A stretch of DNA of 63,907 bases, counting the filler, from Octopus bimaculoides (Eukaryota), in the NCBI RefSeq assembly GCF_001194135.2. It is 7 parts of 7 records of this genome, joined end to end, with 100 filler letters (N's around TTAATTAATTAA, not from the genome) between each part and the next. Parts side by side here need not be neighbours in the genome. Positions count along the whole stretch, not along the records: positions 26,625 to 39,353 come from NC_068985.1; positions 39,454 to 48,763 come from NC_069002.1; 5 more parts are not named here. One strand, given 5' to 3'. Below, in pieces: positions 36,879-48,142 of the stretch. The position numbers and the translations under genes are program-made. The notes under the pieces are model-generated. The model was not told where the DNA came from. It was given only the letters and a program-made list of their open reading frames with translations, and did no database searches. Numbering within the stretch: the first letter of the stretch is position 1; the number at the start of each line of letters is the position of its first letter.

Positions 36879-38552
36879 ACATAATATCAGTTTGGTAGCC
36901 AGCAACCTATATTTCTAATTATAACTTTTAGAAAATTACGAACATTTTTAATGAAATTTTATAGCGATAGGTTTTCCCTGCAGAAGAATCTGGGAATGCT
37001 GATAAAAATTTAGGAAAAATAAGATACAATTATTGTAAAGATTAAAATGGAAAATTTGCTTAATTTTATTTGATGTTAAAAATATTTTCTTGTGAAAATT
37101 AGCATTCATTCTATTCTTTTGTATGCGTAGCAAGAAATTTGATAAAAGTTGAAATTTTTATGTAATACAAATTTCATTAATTATTTGTATGCAATATTTC
37201 CTTATGCCCACAATCTCGGAAGTATTTTCCCAGTGTTACGCATCATATGACGGGTAAAACTATATTATCTATCATAATTCCATCTTGTTTGTTGGCGTTT
37301 AGCTTTTGGTCTGTAACACATTATAGCCGAAAGAGCTGTAAGCTACTGCAAAAGATTGTATGCCTTTTGTTTTATGGTCATTACTTTTACTGAATAACTA
37401 TATATATATATATATATATATATAGTTGGGGATGTTCATGTTGCTACTTTAAACAATAAAAACACACGCACTATATATTTGGTGTTAATATGCTTCAACT
37501 TTATATTGCATTAATCGTATTTCGGCCAGAGTTCTTTCGTCACACTTCTGTGACCTCATCAGTGGTCCTTTGCTTTCTTCTTTCTTATTTTTGTGTCCCC
37601 CCTTACTAACGATCAACCATTTTGTATTTTGTATTCCTATTGTATGTGTTTATATTTGCGCATGCGTATCCCTCTATGTGTGTCTATGTTTAGTAAGTGC
37701 ATGTGTGNNNNNNNNNNATGCGTATCCCTCTATGTGTGTCTATGTTTAGTAAGTGCATGTGTGTGTATGGGAAGTGCCTGTATTATCTGTATCCCCTGTT
37801 TATACATGCTCGTTTAATTTGTCTTTATTTATATATATATATATATATTTCCTCATGAATACCTATAGATTTTAAGACTACCACAGACACCTACTACTCT
37901 CTCTAAATTCCTTTAATTTTCTTGTATTTTTTACCCTTTCTTCCTCTACTTCCTGTTCCTCTCTCTTATCTTCTCGACTACCCCGTACACAATTCTTAGA
38001 CACTATACACCTATACACCTTAATTTATCCTATAGACAATCCTTAAGTTTACCACCATCTTACTCTATCTACCCCTCTTTCTAATTTTTTTCTTTTCTTT
38101 TCTTTTACAGCTTAATAGCCACCTCCACTACCACTGTTATTTAACGTTGACATACTCACGTCTTCTTTTCTCTGGATGTCTACTATAGGATTTTAACCCA
38201 AATGGAGCTACGCAGAATTGCACCTAAGAACTTATGCTATTGTTTCTATAACGTCAGAAAGTTGAACTATGAACTTTTATGCTTCTTTGTTCTTCTTTCT
38301 TTCCATCTCATTCTTTATCCCCTTCCTTTCTGTCATCATCTCATTAATATATACCATTGTCATTTGTCCCTACTTTTCCCTATTTGTCTCTGATGACAGA
38401 ATATCCCATACTCGGGGATGTCCCAGAAATAACTGTAAGACTGAATTATTTCCATAATAATATTGTATACGACTTGAGATGTTTGCCTAGCCTTAACGTT
38501 TGTTATCCTCTTTAACAAATCTACACACACACACAAACATACACACACACAC

Positions 38553-38619
<67 letters not shown>

Positions 38620-38930
38620 ACACACATACACGGGTATATATATATATAGAATACAAATATGTGAGCATATGCATATATACATACAAATATGTACATATAT
38701 GCATATCCGGGTACAGGACATCAAAAAAACATGGACAAAAAAGGAACGGGAACATAAATAAAGCACAAAAAAACGAACTTTTTTTTTCTGACAAAAGAAT
38801 GAACACATAGGAAAACAGACAAGCCACATATGGAACTTTTCCTTCATCAGAATCCTCTATTCTAAACTAGGCGTTAGAAAATTAATATGAACAGCAGTTT
38901 GCAATTTTTCACCAAAAAGTAAAATTACGA

Positions 38931-39329
38931 ATGTCACTAAATGCAACTAGGGTGTTAGAAAACAACTACATTGCTGGAAATAAGAGCTAAAACGGTATAA
39001 CGTTGTAGTTAACGCACATAAATGAAAACATATACAATAACGTATCATAATCGTTCGAAAAGTGCCGATCGAGACTTCTTAATACTGACGTGTCAGTTTC
39101 GGCAATTTCCGTCGCCTCAAGTCGAGCTGTCGCAAATATGAGGCGACGGAAATTGCTGAAACTGACGCGTCAGTATTAAGAATTTTCTATCGGCATTTTT
39201 CGACCGATTATGACCCCTGTTATTGTATATATTTTCATTTATGTGCGTTAACTACAATATTAGAGTGGTTTAACTCTTATTTCTAACAATGTAGGTGTTT
39301 TCTAACACCCTAGTCACATTTAGTGGCAA
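38931..39329. mobile_element. ~400-bp foldback / long inverted repeat (MITE-like)
   Basis: ~190-bp arms (38931-39119 vs 39139-39329), reverse-complementary along their length, with a 19-nt loop. Confidence 0.9.
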
Positions 39330-39459
39330 TATATATATATATATATATATATANNNNNNNNNNNNNNNNNNNNNNNNNNNNNNNNNNNNNNNNNNNNTTA
39401 ATTAATTAANNNNNNNNNNNNNNNNNNNNNNNNNNNNNNNNNNNNNNNNNNNNAAATGC

Positions 39460-39730
39460 TTCTTTTGGCTGTCTCCAGTGGTCGGAAATAAGCTAAAGTC
39501 CCAGCTCTGGTGCGCTAAATACCGGAAACAATTCTGCAGAAGATAAGTCACTGCAGTACCCTCCAAGGCACAATTCAGGGCAAGGTTGTTTATGGAAGAC
39601 CAGCAGTCGCCCATTCATACCGGCCTCCCCTCTCCACGCCACCAGTATTATCCACGGGAAAAGCAAAAGCCGATACAGCTTGGCACCTGTGACATCGCAA
39701 CTCATTTCTACAGCTGAGTGAACTGGGACT
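39460..39730 (-). mobile_element. CORE-SINE-like / RTE 5'-region repeat remnant
   Basis: Minus: ccagttcactcagctgtagaaatgagttgcgatgtcacaggtgccaagctgtatcggc...catgaatgggcgactgctggtcttccataaacaacc; family assignment from memory only. Confidence 0.4.
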
Positions 39731-39913
39731 TTTGAAAATAACCCTAATGTAATCGGTAGAACTGTGCACATGTCTAATTTTATGTGGACAACTCGTGTAT
39801 TGTTCTGCAAATTATATTGAATTAGAACGGTCGTACTCATGAGCCACGGACGTGTTACATAGGTAAATTTGGCGTTAATGGCGAAACCGGTCTACGATTA
39901 ATTCTTTATTTTG

Positions 39914-39982
<69 letters not shown>

Positions 39983-40205
39983 TTCAAGTTTGTCTTTATG
40001 TTCAGTTATAATGCAAAACAATTTTACATTAATCTAATGGGTTACCGCATACTTTTGTAGGGTAGAAATTTATTATTCTCAAACAGGAATATTATTGACA
40101 GTGACATCGATGTTTCGGTAGTCCAGCGATGGCTTAGCGGGCTGAAACTTCCAAGTTACTGGCAATAATATTCAATTTTTAAGAAAACTTGTTAAACAGA
40201 TAGAT

Positions 40206-40236
<31 letters not shown>

Positions 40237-41184
40237 GACAGACAGACAGACAGACAGAGACAGACAGAGACAGACAGACAGACAGACAGACAGAAAGACA
40301 GACAGACAGAGACAGACAGACAGAGACAGACAGACAGACAGAAAGACAGACAGACAGAGACAGGCTGAGGCAGACAGAAAGACAGAGACNNNNNNNNNNN
40401 NNNNNNNNNNNNNNNNNNNNNNNNNNNNNNNNNNNNNNNNNNNNNNNNNNNNNNNNNNNNNNNNNNNNNNNNNNNNNNNNNNNNNNNNNNNNNNNNNNNN
40501 NNNNNNNNNNNNNNNNNNNNNNNNNNNNNNNNNNNNNNNNNNNNNNNNNNNNNNNNNNNNNNNNNNNNNNNNNNNNNNNNNNNNNNNNNNNNNNNNNNNN
40601 NNNNNNNNNNNNNNNNNNNNNNNNNNNNNNNNNNNNNNNNNNNNNNNNNNNNNNNNNNNNNNNNNNNNNNNNNNNNNNNNNNNNNNNNNNNNNNNNNNNN
40701 NNNNNNNNNNNNNNNNNNNNNNNNNNNNNNNNNNNNNNNNNNNNNNNNNNNNNNNNNNNNNNNNNNNNNNNNNNNNNNNNNNNNNNNNNNNNNNNNNNNN
40801 NNNNNNNNNNNNNNNNNNNNNNNNNNNNNNNNNNNNNNNNNNNNNNNNNNNNNNNNNNNNNNNNNNNNNNNNNNNNNNNNNNNNNNNNNNNNNNNNNNNN
40901 NNNNNNNNNNNNNNNNNNNNNNNNNNNNNNNNNNNNNNNNNNNNNNNNNNNNNNNNNNNNNNNNNNNNNNNNNNNNNNNNNNNNNNNNNNNNNNNNNNNN
41001 NNNNNNNNNNNNNNNNNNNNNNNNNNNNNNNNNNNNNNNNNNNNNNNNNNNNNNNNNNNNNNNNNNNNNNNNNNNNNNNNNNNNNNNNNNNNNNNNNNNN
41101 NNNNNNNNNNNNNNNNNNNNNNNNNNNNNNNNNNNNNNNNNNNNNNNNNNNNNNNNNNNNNNNNNNNNNNNNNNNNNNNNNNNN

Positions 41185-41237
<53 letters not shown>

Positions 41238-41326
41238 AATATTTTAAAATATGTGTATGTATGCATACATACGTACACACATACACACACGCACACATAC
41301 ATACATAGATTCATATTTATATACAT

Positions 41327-41365
<39 letters not shown>

Positions 41366-42099
41366 TGATACGTAGGATGCAGAGTGGAAGCTTAAGCTTA
41401 ACTTTTATGTTTTCGTCTGAAATTCTTCTCATATTCGAGGGCCAGGCAGTAGGTATCTGACTAATGTATTTTAGACGTCACTAGAATTTAAAGAAGGAAA
41501 GAATATTTAAAAGGAATATGAAATATGTTGAAAGAAATAAAACACATATCCTAGCCAATCATTTGTTCTTTTGTTTACGTTTAATCGTCATCAATTATTC
41601 ATAGGTTTTCATTAATCTTCATACAATCCATATTATATGTATACATGTGCTAACATGCTATGTTAAAGAAAGCGTATTTAACATTGTCATTTGTGTTCGC
41701 TTCTGGTGATCTTCATTTTAAAAGCTGATGTGTGGTTTGAGGAAAATTTGGCATGCTATTTCTGGCTTCGGTGGACCTCCCAAGAAAGCCTTCTATCCGT
41801 CTTTGTGTGTGTGAGAGATTATATTCTCCATTCACAAATCGGTAAGATGTAATGTGTTTTGTGGGAGCTTTGATTGCTATTTTTATCATGTCGATCTTCT
41901 GAGTAGGGGCTACTTTGGTTGTTATTGTTTATCCTCGAGTTAAGTCTGATCGAGCACACCAATATTAAAACATCTTTACGACCGTGACCATCCTGGCCAT
42001 CAAAGACTACATTGGCACACGTGTCCTTCTTTGTTTTATGATTAGGATGTGTGAGCTGAGAGAGATTCAGCTGCTATTTTTGGAGGTTTGGACGATTGC

Positions 42100-42765
42100 T
42101 CAGAGGCTCTAATGACAAATGTGTGCTTCATGAGTTGAAACCACCTCCTAATCGCATTGAAACATGGAATGTCCGTGGATTTTACGTGATAATGGATGAG
42201 ACAGCAAGCGTTATGGAATGGAACCCACTGAAGCACCAAAACACTTGGCCAAACTGAAGCTGCATCAAAAGAAGCTTATGACTATTGTTCTGTGCCTGTT
42301 AAATGGAGCCATCCACTTTTATTTCTTGAACCATGGCGGAACCATTTCAGCAGAGAAGTATTGCAAAGTTGACATCCAATATTGACCAATGAAAAAAGGA
42401 CCAATTCATCTCCATAACAACAGCTAACCATTTCTCTCACAACTTATTCCGTAGAAATTAAGGAAACTGTCTCTACACCTTCCATCTTATTTCCCTCACC
42501 TTCCCTGAACCATTTTTTTAATTCCAAGATTCTCGATAACCTTCTGCAAAAAAAAAACAAAAAAAAACACAAATAGCAGCTATAAAAATCCTTCGAAGGA
42601 TTTCACGATTGCAGAACCTTCAGAATTCATTGCTAGCGAAACAAGTATTATTTGGAATAATGTCAAGATTTGAATCGTTAATAAGATTATTTGGAGCTGA
42701 GACATATTGCCATAAAGTTATTAAAGACTGCGATGATATTTTTTTTTTTTTTGCCAACCCATTAG
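42100..42765 (+). mobile_element. Decayed mariner transposase 3' half
   Basis: CVLHEL (cf. WVPHEL), EAPKH.AKLKLHQKKLM, GTISAEKYC, KGPIHLHNN (cf. LHDN); TIR-like ttgccaacccatta end. Confidence 0.7.
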
Positions 42766-42927
42766 ATACGCGCGCGCACACATCTGCGTGCGTTTTATTA
42801 AAACCAATGGCTCCTTTATCCGAAGATATTTCAGAGGTATATTGATCTTCAGACCAAGCAGTTTCAGTTCCTTAATGTCGGCAACCTAATCCTGTGAAAG
42901 CAGTAACCCTATACATACCCGCGCACG

Positions 42928-42971
<44 letters not shown>

Positions 42972-43540
42972 NNNNNNNNNNNNNNNNNNNNNNNNNNNNN
43001 NNNNNNNNNNNNNNNNNNNNNNNNNNNNNNNNNNNNNNNNNNNNNNNNNNNNNNNNNNNNNNNNNNNNNNNNNNNNNNNNNNNNNNNNNNNNNNNNNNNN
43101 NNNNNNNNNNNNNNNNNNNNNNNNNNNNNNNNNNNNNNNNNNNNNNNNNNNNNNNNNNNNNNNNNNNNNNNNNNNNNNNNNNNNNNNNNNNNNNNNNNNN
43201 NNNNNNNNNNNNNNNNNNNNNNNNNNNNNNNNNNNNNNNNNNNNNNNNNNNNNNNNNNNNNNNNNNNNNNNNNNNNNNNNNNNNNNNNNNNNNNNNNNNN
43301 NNNNNNNNNNNNNNNNNNNNNNNNNNNNNNNNNNNNNNNNNNNNNNNNNNNNNNNNNNNNNNNNNNNNNNNNNNNNNNNNNNNNNNNNNNNNNNNNNNNN
43401 NNNNNNNNNNNNNNNNNNNNNNNNNNNNNNNNNNNNNNNNNNNNNNNNNNNNNNNNNNNNNNNNNNNNNNNNNNNNNNNNNNNNNNNNNNNNNNNNNNNN
43501 NNNNNNNNNNNNNNNNNNNNNNNNNNNNNNNNNNNNNNGT

Positions 43541-43720
43541 CTCCAGCTAGATCCCACCTCCTACCCCATTTTCCCCAACCCACCTTTGACCTCCTTTAAA
43601 CGCGCCCGAAACCTACGCGATCTACTGGTCCGTAGCACCTTCTGTCTCCCACCTCATCCCCACCCGGATACTTCCCTTGCTCTAGATCCCGCTGCCACAC
43701 CTGCCCTTCCATCACCAACA
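43541..43720 (+). mobile_element. Penelope-like element ORF fragment (linker before GIY-YIG)
   Basis: LQLDPTSYPIFPNPPLTSFKRARNLRDLLVRS then PGYFPCSRSRCHTCPSI (cf. PLE ..RxxNLRDxLV...PC...RCxTC). Confidence 0.8.
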
Positions 43721-43919
43721 TCCTTTGTTTCGTGTAGCAAATCGAGAATATGAAGGCGTGGGGAAAAAGACCTATTCTGGTGAGACCCTCATTTACAACT
43801 GAGTAGACTGGGGCACCGTAAGACGGTGTGTCTTGCTCATTGTACACGTATTGTCCGATCTGTCCGATGTGTGTGTGTGTGTGTGTGTGTGTTTGTATGT
43901 ATACATAGATATTTTTTAA

Positions 43920-44163
43920 TATTTACATACATACAAACATACATACATACATACATACATGCGTACATACGTACATAGATACATACATACATACACACAC
44001 ACACACATACATACATACATACATACATACATACATACACACACATACATACATAATACATACATACATACATGCATGCGTACATACGTACATAGATACA
44101 TACATACATACACACACACACACATACATACATACATACATACACACACACACATACATACAT

Positions 44164-44194
<31 letters not shown>

Positions 44195-44199
44195 TACAT

Positions 44200-44232
<33 letters not shown>

Positions 44233-44334
44233 TACATACATACATACATACATGCATGCATACGTACGTACGTACATACATACATACATACATACATAAT
44301 ACATACATGCATGCATACATACATACGTACATAG

Positions 44335-44365
<31 letters not shown>

Positions 44366-44415
44366 TACATACATACATACATACATACATACATACATAC
44401 ATACATACATACATG
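43920..44415 (+). repeat. Compound (CATA)n/(CA)n microsatellite array
   Basis: Direct inspection. Confidence 0.95.
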
Positions 44416-44469
44416 ATGGCTGTTCACTCATGACCGAAGAAGACCATCACAGTCTATTAAGAACATTGT

Positions 44470-45225
44470 GAATTCAAGCAGCAATGCCCTTGCAAAATGT
44501 TGGCAATGCCTGTGCAAAATTTTAGGCCTAAAATGGCTCTTACGACACCCCATAAGCCCTCTCCACCCAAATGACATCATCCAGAGTCAAGCCGAGGAAA
44601 ACTGTCAAATGCGAATACGGATCGCTGGCTCAAGAATGTAGGAACACCATAGTCACTTCACTCCCAGAAGCTTATCATTTAAATATATACCAGCTTGTCT
44701 AGATATGCAATTATATGCATGAGAATACATGTATAAAGCAAAACATACAAATCTGCACATACATACATACATACAAATATACCCTGTTGCTGATGTTGAA
44801 ATTCCAATGAAGGAGCCTTGAATTTAGGTTCGAAACCGGCTCTTTCTCTGTTGGCAAGAAATTTTGAAATAAAACTGAACAATGACATACATACATACAT
44901 ACATACATACATACATGTGTATGTATGTATGTATGTATGTGTGATTTGTATGAGGAAATGCTTGAGTCATGCAGACCTGGTAAACCATCAAAGAAGCCAC
45001 AGGAATCGATCCCTTGTAAATTGTGAGGCAGCTATTTTTCACACCAGTACATGCGCAACCTGTGAAAGGTGTGCCGTTCAGTTGGTGGTTTAAAAAGACA
45101 TGTCAAATGACTTCATACTGTAGTACCGGTCCTTTCTGCCAACCAGCACAACTGTGTATTATGTAATAAAATCTGCAAATCCTTGGCGGAGCACAAGAGT
45201 TATAAAAAGGCCTCCCATTGCATTA
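44470..45225 (+). mobile_element. RTE-clade LINE 3' remnant with C-terminal C2H2 zinc fingers, interrupted at ~44680-44937
   Basis: QCLCKILGLKW (cf. RCLRKILGIKW); CVICMRKCLSHADLVNHQRSH (C-x2-C-x12-H-x3-H) at 44938, followed by two further decayed fingers. Confidence 0.65.
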
Positions 45226-46089
45226 TCAATGACTCATTTCAATGAATCTTTCTAGCAATGGCTTTGCTCGTGTATGGGAAAGCAATCACTATATATGTAT
45301 GTGTGTGTGTATGTATGTAGCATATGCACATCACTCTTTATATGGTGAAGAGTCCGACATCCAAGTTGAACAGCAACCCAGTAACCCAGAGGGCCATTAT
45401 ACGAAACTAAATGTTTGCATCCACAGAATTTCTTCGTTCCAGTGTTGTGTGGCTTAATCCATAAATTACTTTGTAGCACTTTGTAGATAATGTATATGTG
45501 TGACCTAGAAAATAACAAGATTCGGAGGGTTTCAACATTCCAGTCTGTAATTGTATATCTTCTTGTTCGGCCCGAAAAATCACTGCAAAATGAGAATGCA
45601 AAATACATATTGGGTCGTGCTCTGAATTAATTTCATAGGAAGACAATACAGACCTGGTGAATCACATATAGTGATTTAGACCTAATTGGCTCTTGTTTAA
45701 CTTAGGCGTAACCAGAATCACGTAGAGGTTTGTATTTTTCTAATCGGAACGGGTGACAAAAAAAAATTGCCCCAGAATATAAAATACAAGAAGTCCATCT
45801 CACAAGATAGTAATTAAAATATTGATAAAATAAGAATGAAGAGAATGCGATAATAATTTTAATAAAATGGCTTCAAGTCGGTTATACAATTCATTAACAT
45901 TTATAACAGTTGAGTGAGGAGCGGACATATACCACAGATTATTAAATGAAAATTACTTTAGATTCGCGTAGAAAATTAAACGTTATCATGTCAAACAGGA
46001 AGAGTGTTAGACTGAATTGATGTGGAGAACTAAATCAAACATCAGCATATATATCTATATGCGCATGAAGGTCTAATATAGGCATGTGT

Positions 46090-46322
46090 TATTTCTTTAC
46101 TACCCACAGGGGGCTACATACAGACGGGATAAACAAGGACAGACAAACGGATTAAGTCGATTATATCGACCCCAGTGCGTAACTTGTACTTATTTAATCG
46201 ACCCCGAAAGGATGAAAGGCAAAGTCGACCTCGGCAGAATTTGAACTCAGAACGTAGCGGCAGACGAAATACCGCTAAGCATTTCGCCCGGCGTGCTAAC
46301 GTCTCTGCCAGCTTACCGCCTT
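46090..46322 (-). mobile_element. Full-length SINE family C with 16-bp TSD
   Basis: TSD taatataggcatgtgt at 46074-46089 and 46322-46337. Confidence 0.92.
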
Positions 46323-46515
46323 AATATAGGCATGTGTCTAATATNNNNNNNNNNTTATATCGACCCCAGTGCGTAACTGGTACTTATTTAATCGACCCCG
46401 AAAGGATGAAAGGCAAAGTCGACCTCGGCAGAATTTGAACTCAGAACGTAGCGGCAGACGAAATACCGCTAAGCATTTCGCCCGGCGTGCTAACGTCTCT
46501 GCCAGCTTACCGCCT

Positions 46516-46620
46516 TAATATAGGCATGTGTCTAATATAGGCCTGTCTAATATAGGCCTGTCTAATATAGGCCTGTCTAATATAGGCCTGTCTAATATAG
46601 GCCTGTCTAATATAGGCACG
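46516..46620 (+). repeat. 15-bp minisatellite (tctaatataggcctg)n
   Basis: About 6 tandem copies, decaying into tatagacatg-type units up to ~46710. Confidence 0.9.
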
Positions 46621-46711
46621 TGTGTCAGTATAGGCATGTTTGTCTATATAGACAGTTATATCTGTAAAGACGTGCTAGATATATAGACATGCATATTTAT
46701 ATAGACATGTA

Positions 46712-48142
46712 TAGGGTTGGCAACTAAGTTCCCACGGCTTTTTTAAATTTTGGAATTTATTGCGTTTTAAATTTTGGAATGTATCTTTTTTTTTTTTCGA
46801 GAATTCTATTTTTGAATCATTTTGGAATCTATTTTTTGTTTTCTTTTTTCTTTTTTTTGTTTTTTAAGTTAATTTTAGTTAATTTTTGTTTATTTTCAGA
46901 TCATTAAAATGGAATGTCAAGTTAAGAAAAACGAGCGTTTTCAACACCTTCTTTTTGCTTTTAATCAAGGTTCTAAGGCCGCAAAAGCTGCTTGCAACAT
47001 TTATGCTGTGTATGGAGAGGGTGCCATAGCTGAAAGAACCGCTCGTGATTGGTATACCAAGTTAAAAAATGGAAACTTTGACCTCAAAGANNNNNNNNNN
47101 NNNNNNNNNNNNNNNNNNNNNNNNNNNNNNNNNNNNNNNNNNNNNNNNNNNNNNNNNNNNNNNNNNNNNNNNNNNNNNNNNNNNNNNNNNNNNNNNNNNN
47201 NNNNNNNNNNNNNNNNNNNNNNNNNNNNNNNNNNNNNNNNNNNNNNNNNNNNNNNNNNNNNNNNNNNNNNNNNNNNNNNNNNNNNNNNNNNNCTCGTCAA
47301 ACGACAAGGGTACTGGCAGAGAAAATGGAATGCTCCCACACTGCTATAGAGAAGCATCTTTACTCGATGGAAAAGGTTCAGAAGTATGGAGCATAGGTTC
47401 CGCATGCTTTAAGTGACAACAACAAAAATTAACGAGTCACAGTCTCCGCTGGTTTGCTTGCTCGTCACCGCTCAACTCATGGATACAAGCAACGATTTCT
47501 TTACCGAATCGTTACTGGCGACGAAAAATGGTGCCTGTACATCAATATGAAGCAGCGTAAGGAATGGCTTAGCCCCCGGAAACAAGCGACACGGCGCATG
47601 AAACAAGATCTTCATCCGCGTAAAACGATGTTGTGCGTATAGTGGGACTGGGAAGGGATTATCCATTATGAATTGCTTGAACGGAACCAAACGGTCAACG
47701 CGAAACTCGTTCAACAGATGGAACGACTCAACACGGCTATTCGAGAGAAAGGACCTAATCGTCAGCATGGATTTCTTCTGCTGCACGACAACGCCCGGCC
47801 TCATATCGCCAATATGACCAAAGAAACCATTCAAACGCATGGCTGGGAAGTGATGCCACACCCGCCGTACTCTCTTGATTTGGCACCAACGGATTTCCAC
47901 CTCTTTCGATCTCTTTCAAATGCTATGTGCAGAGTTTCGTTCAATACTGGTGCAGAATTGAGAGTTTGGTTGGATCAATTTTTCGAGTCGAAATCGGGTG
48001 ATTGAAAATCTTGTTGAACGTTGGGAAGAAGTAGTAAACAACAAGGGTGAATACATTATTGATTAATTAGCCGTTATTTTTTATTAAATCTTTAAAAAAA
48101 TTTAAATTTAAAAAAACAGCGGGAACTTAGTTGCCAACCTAA
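46712..48142 (+). mobile_element. Near full-length mariner (DD34D) element with TIRs and TA TSD; transposase pseudogene from ATG 46909
   Basis: TIR (t)agg(g)ttggcaactaagttccc at both ends with TA flanks. HTH region, WVPHAL (W>TAG), YRIVTGDEKW, LLHDNARPH, HPPYSLDLAPTDFHLF; internal stops and a gap. Confidence 0.95.

Noticed and set aside
37660-37765. Direct repeat of ~47 bp around a 10-N gap
   Set aside because: Same overlap-artefact pattern.
46355-46516. Second SINE C copy right after the first
   Set aside because: Near-identical (1 difference seen) to the sequence before a 10-N gap; probably unmerged contig overlap or an allele.
46516-46620. CRISPR-like regularly spaced repeats (also 36795-36878)
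   Set aside because: No unique spacers and no cas genes; simple minisatellites in a eukaryote.
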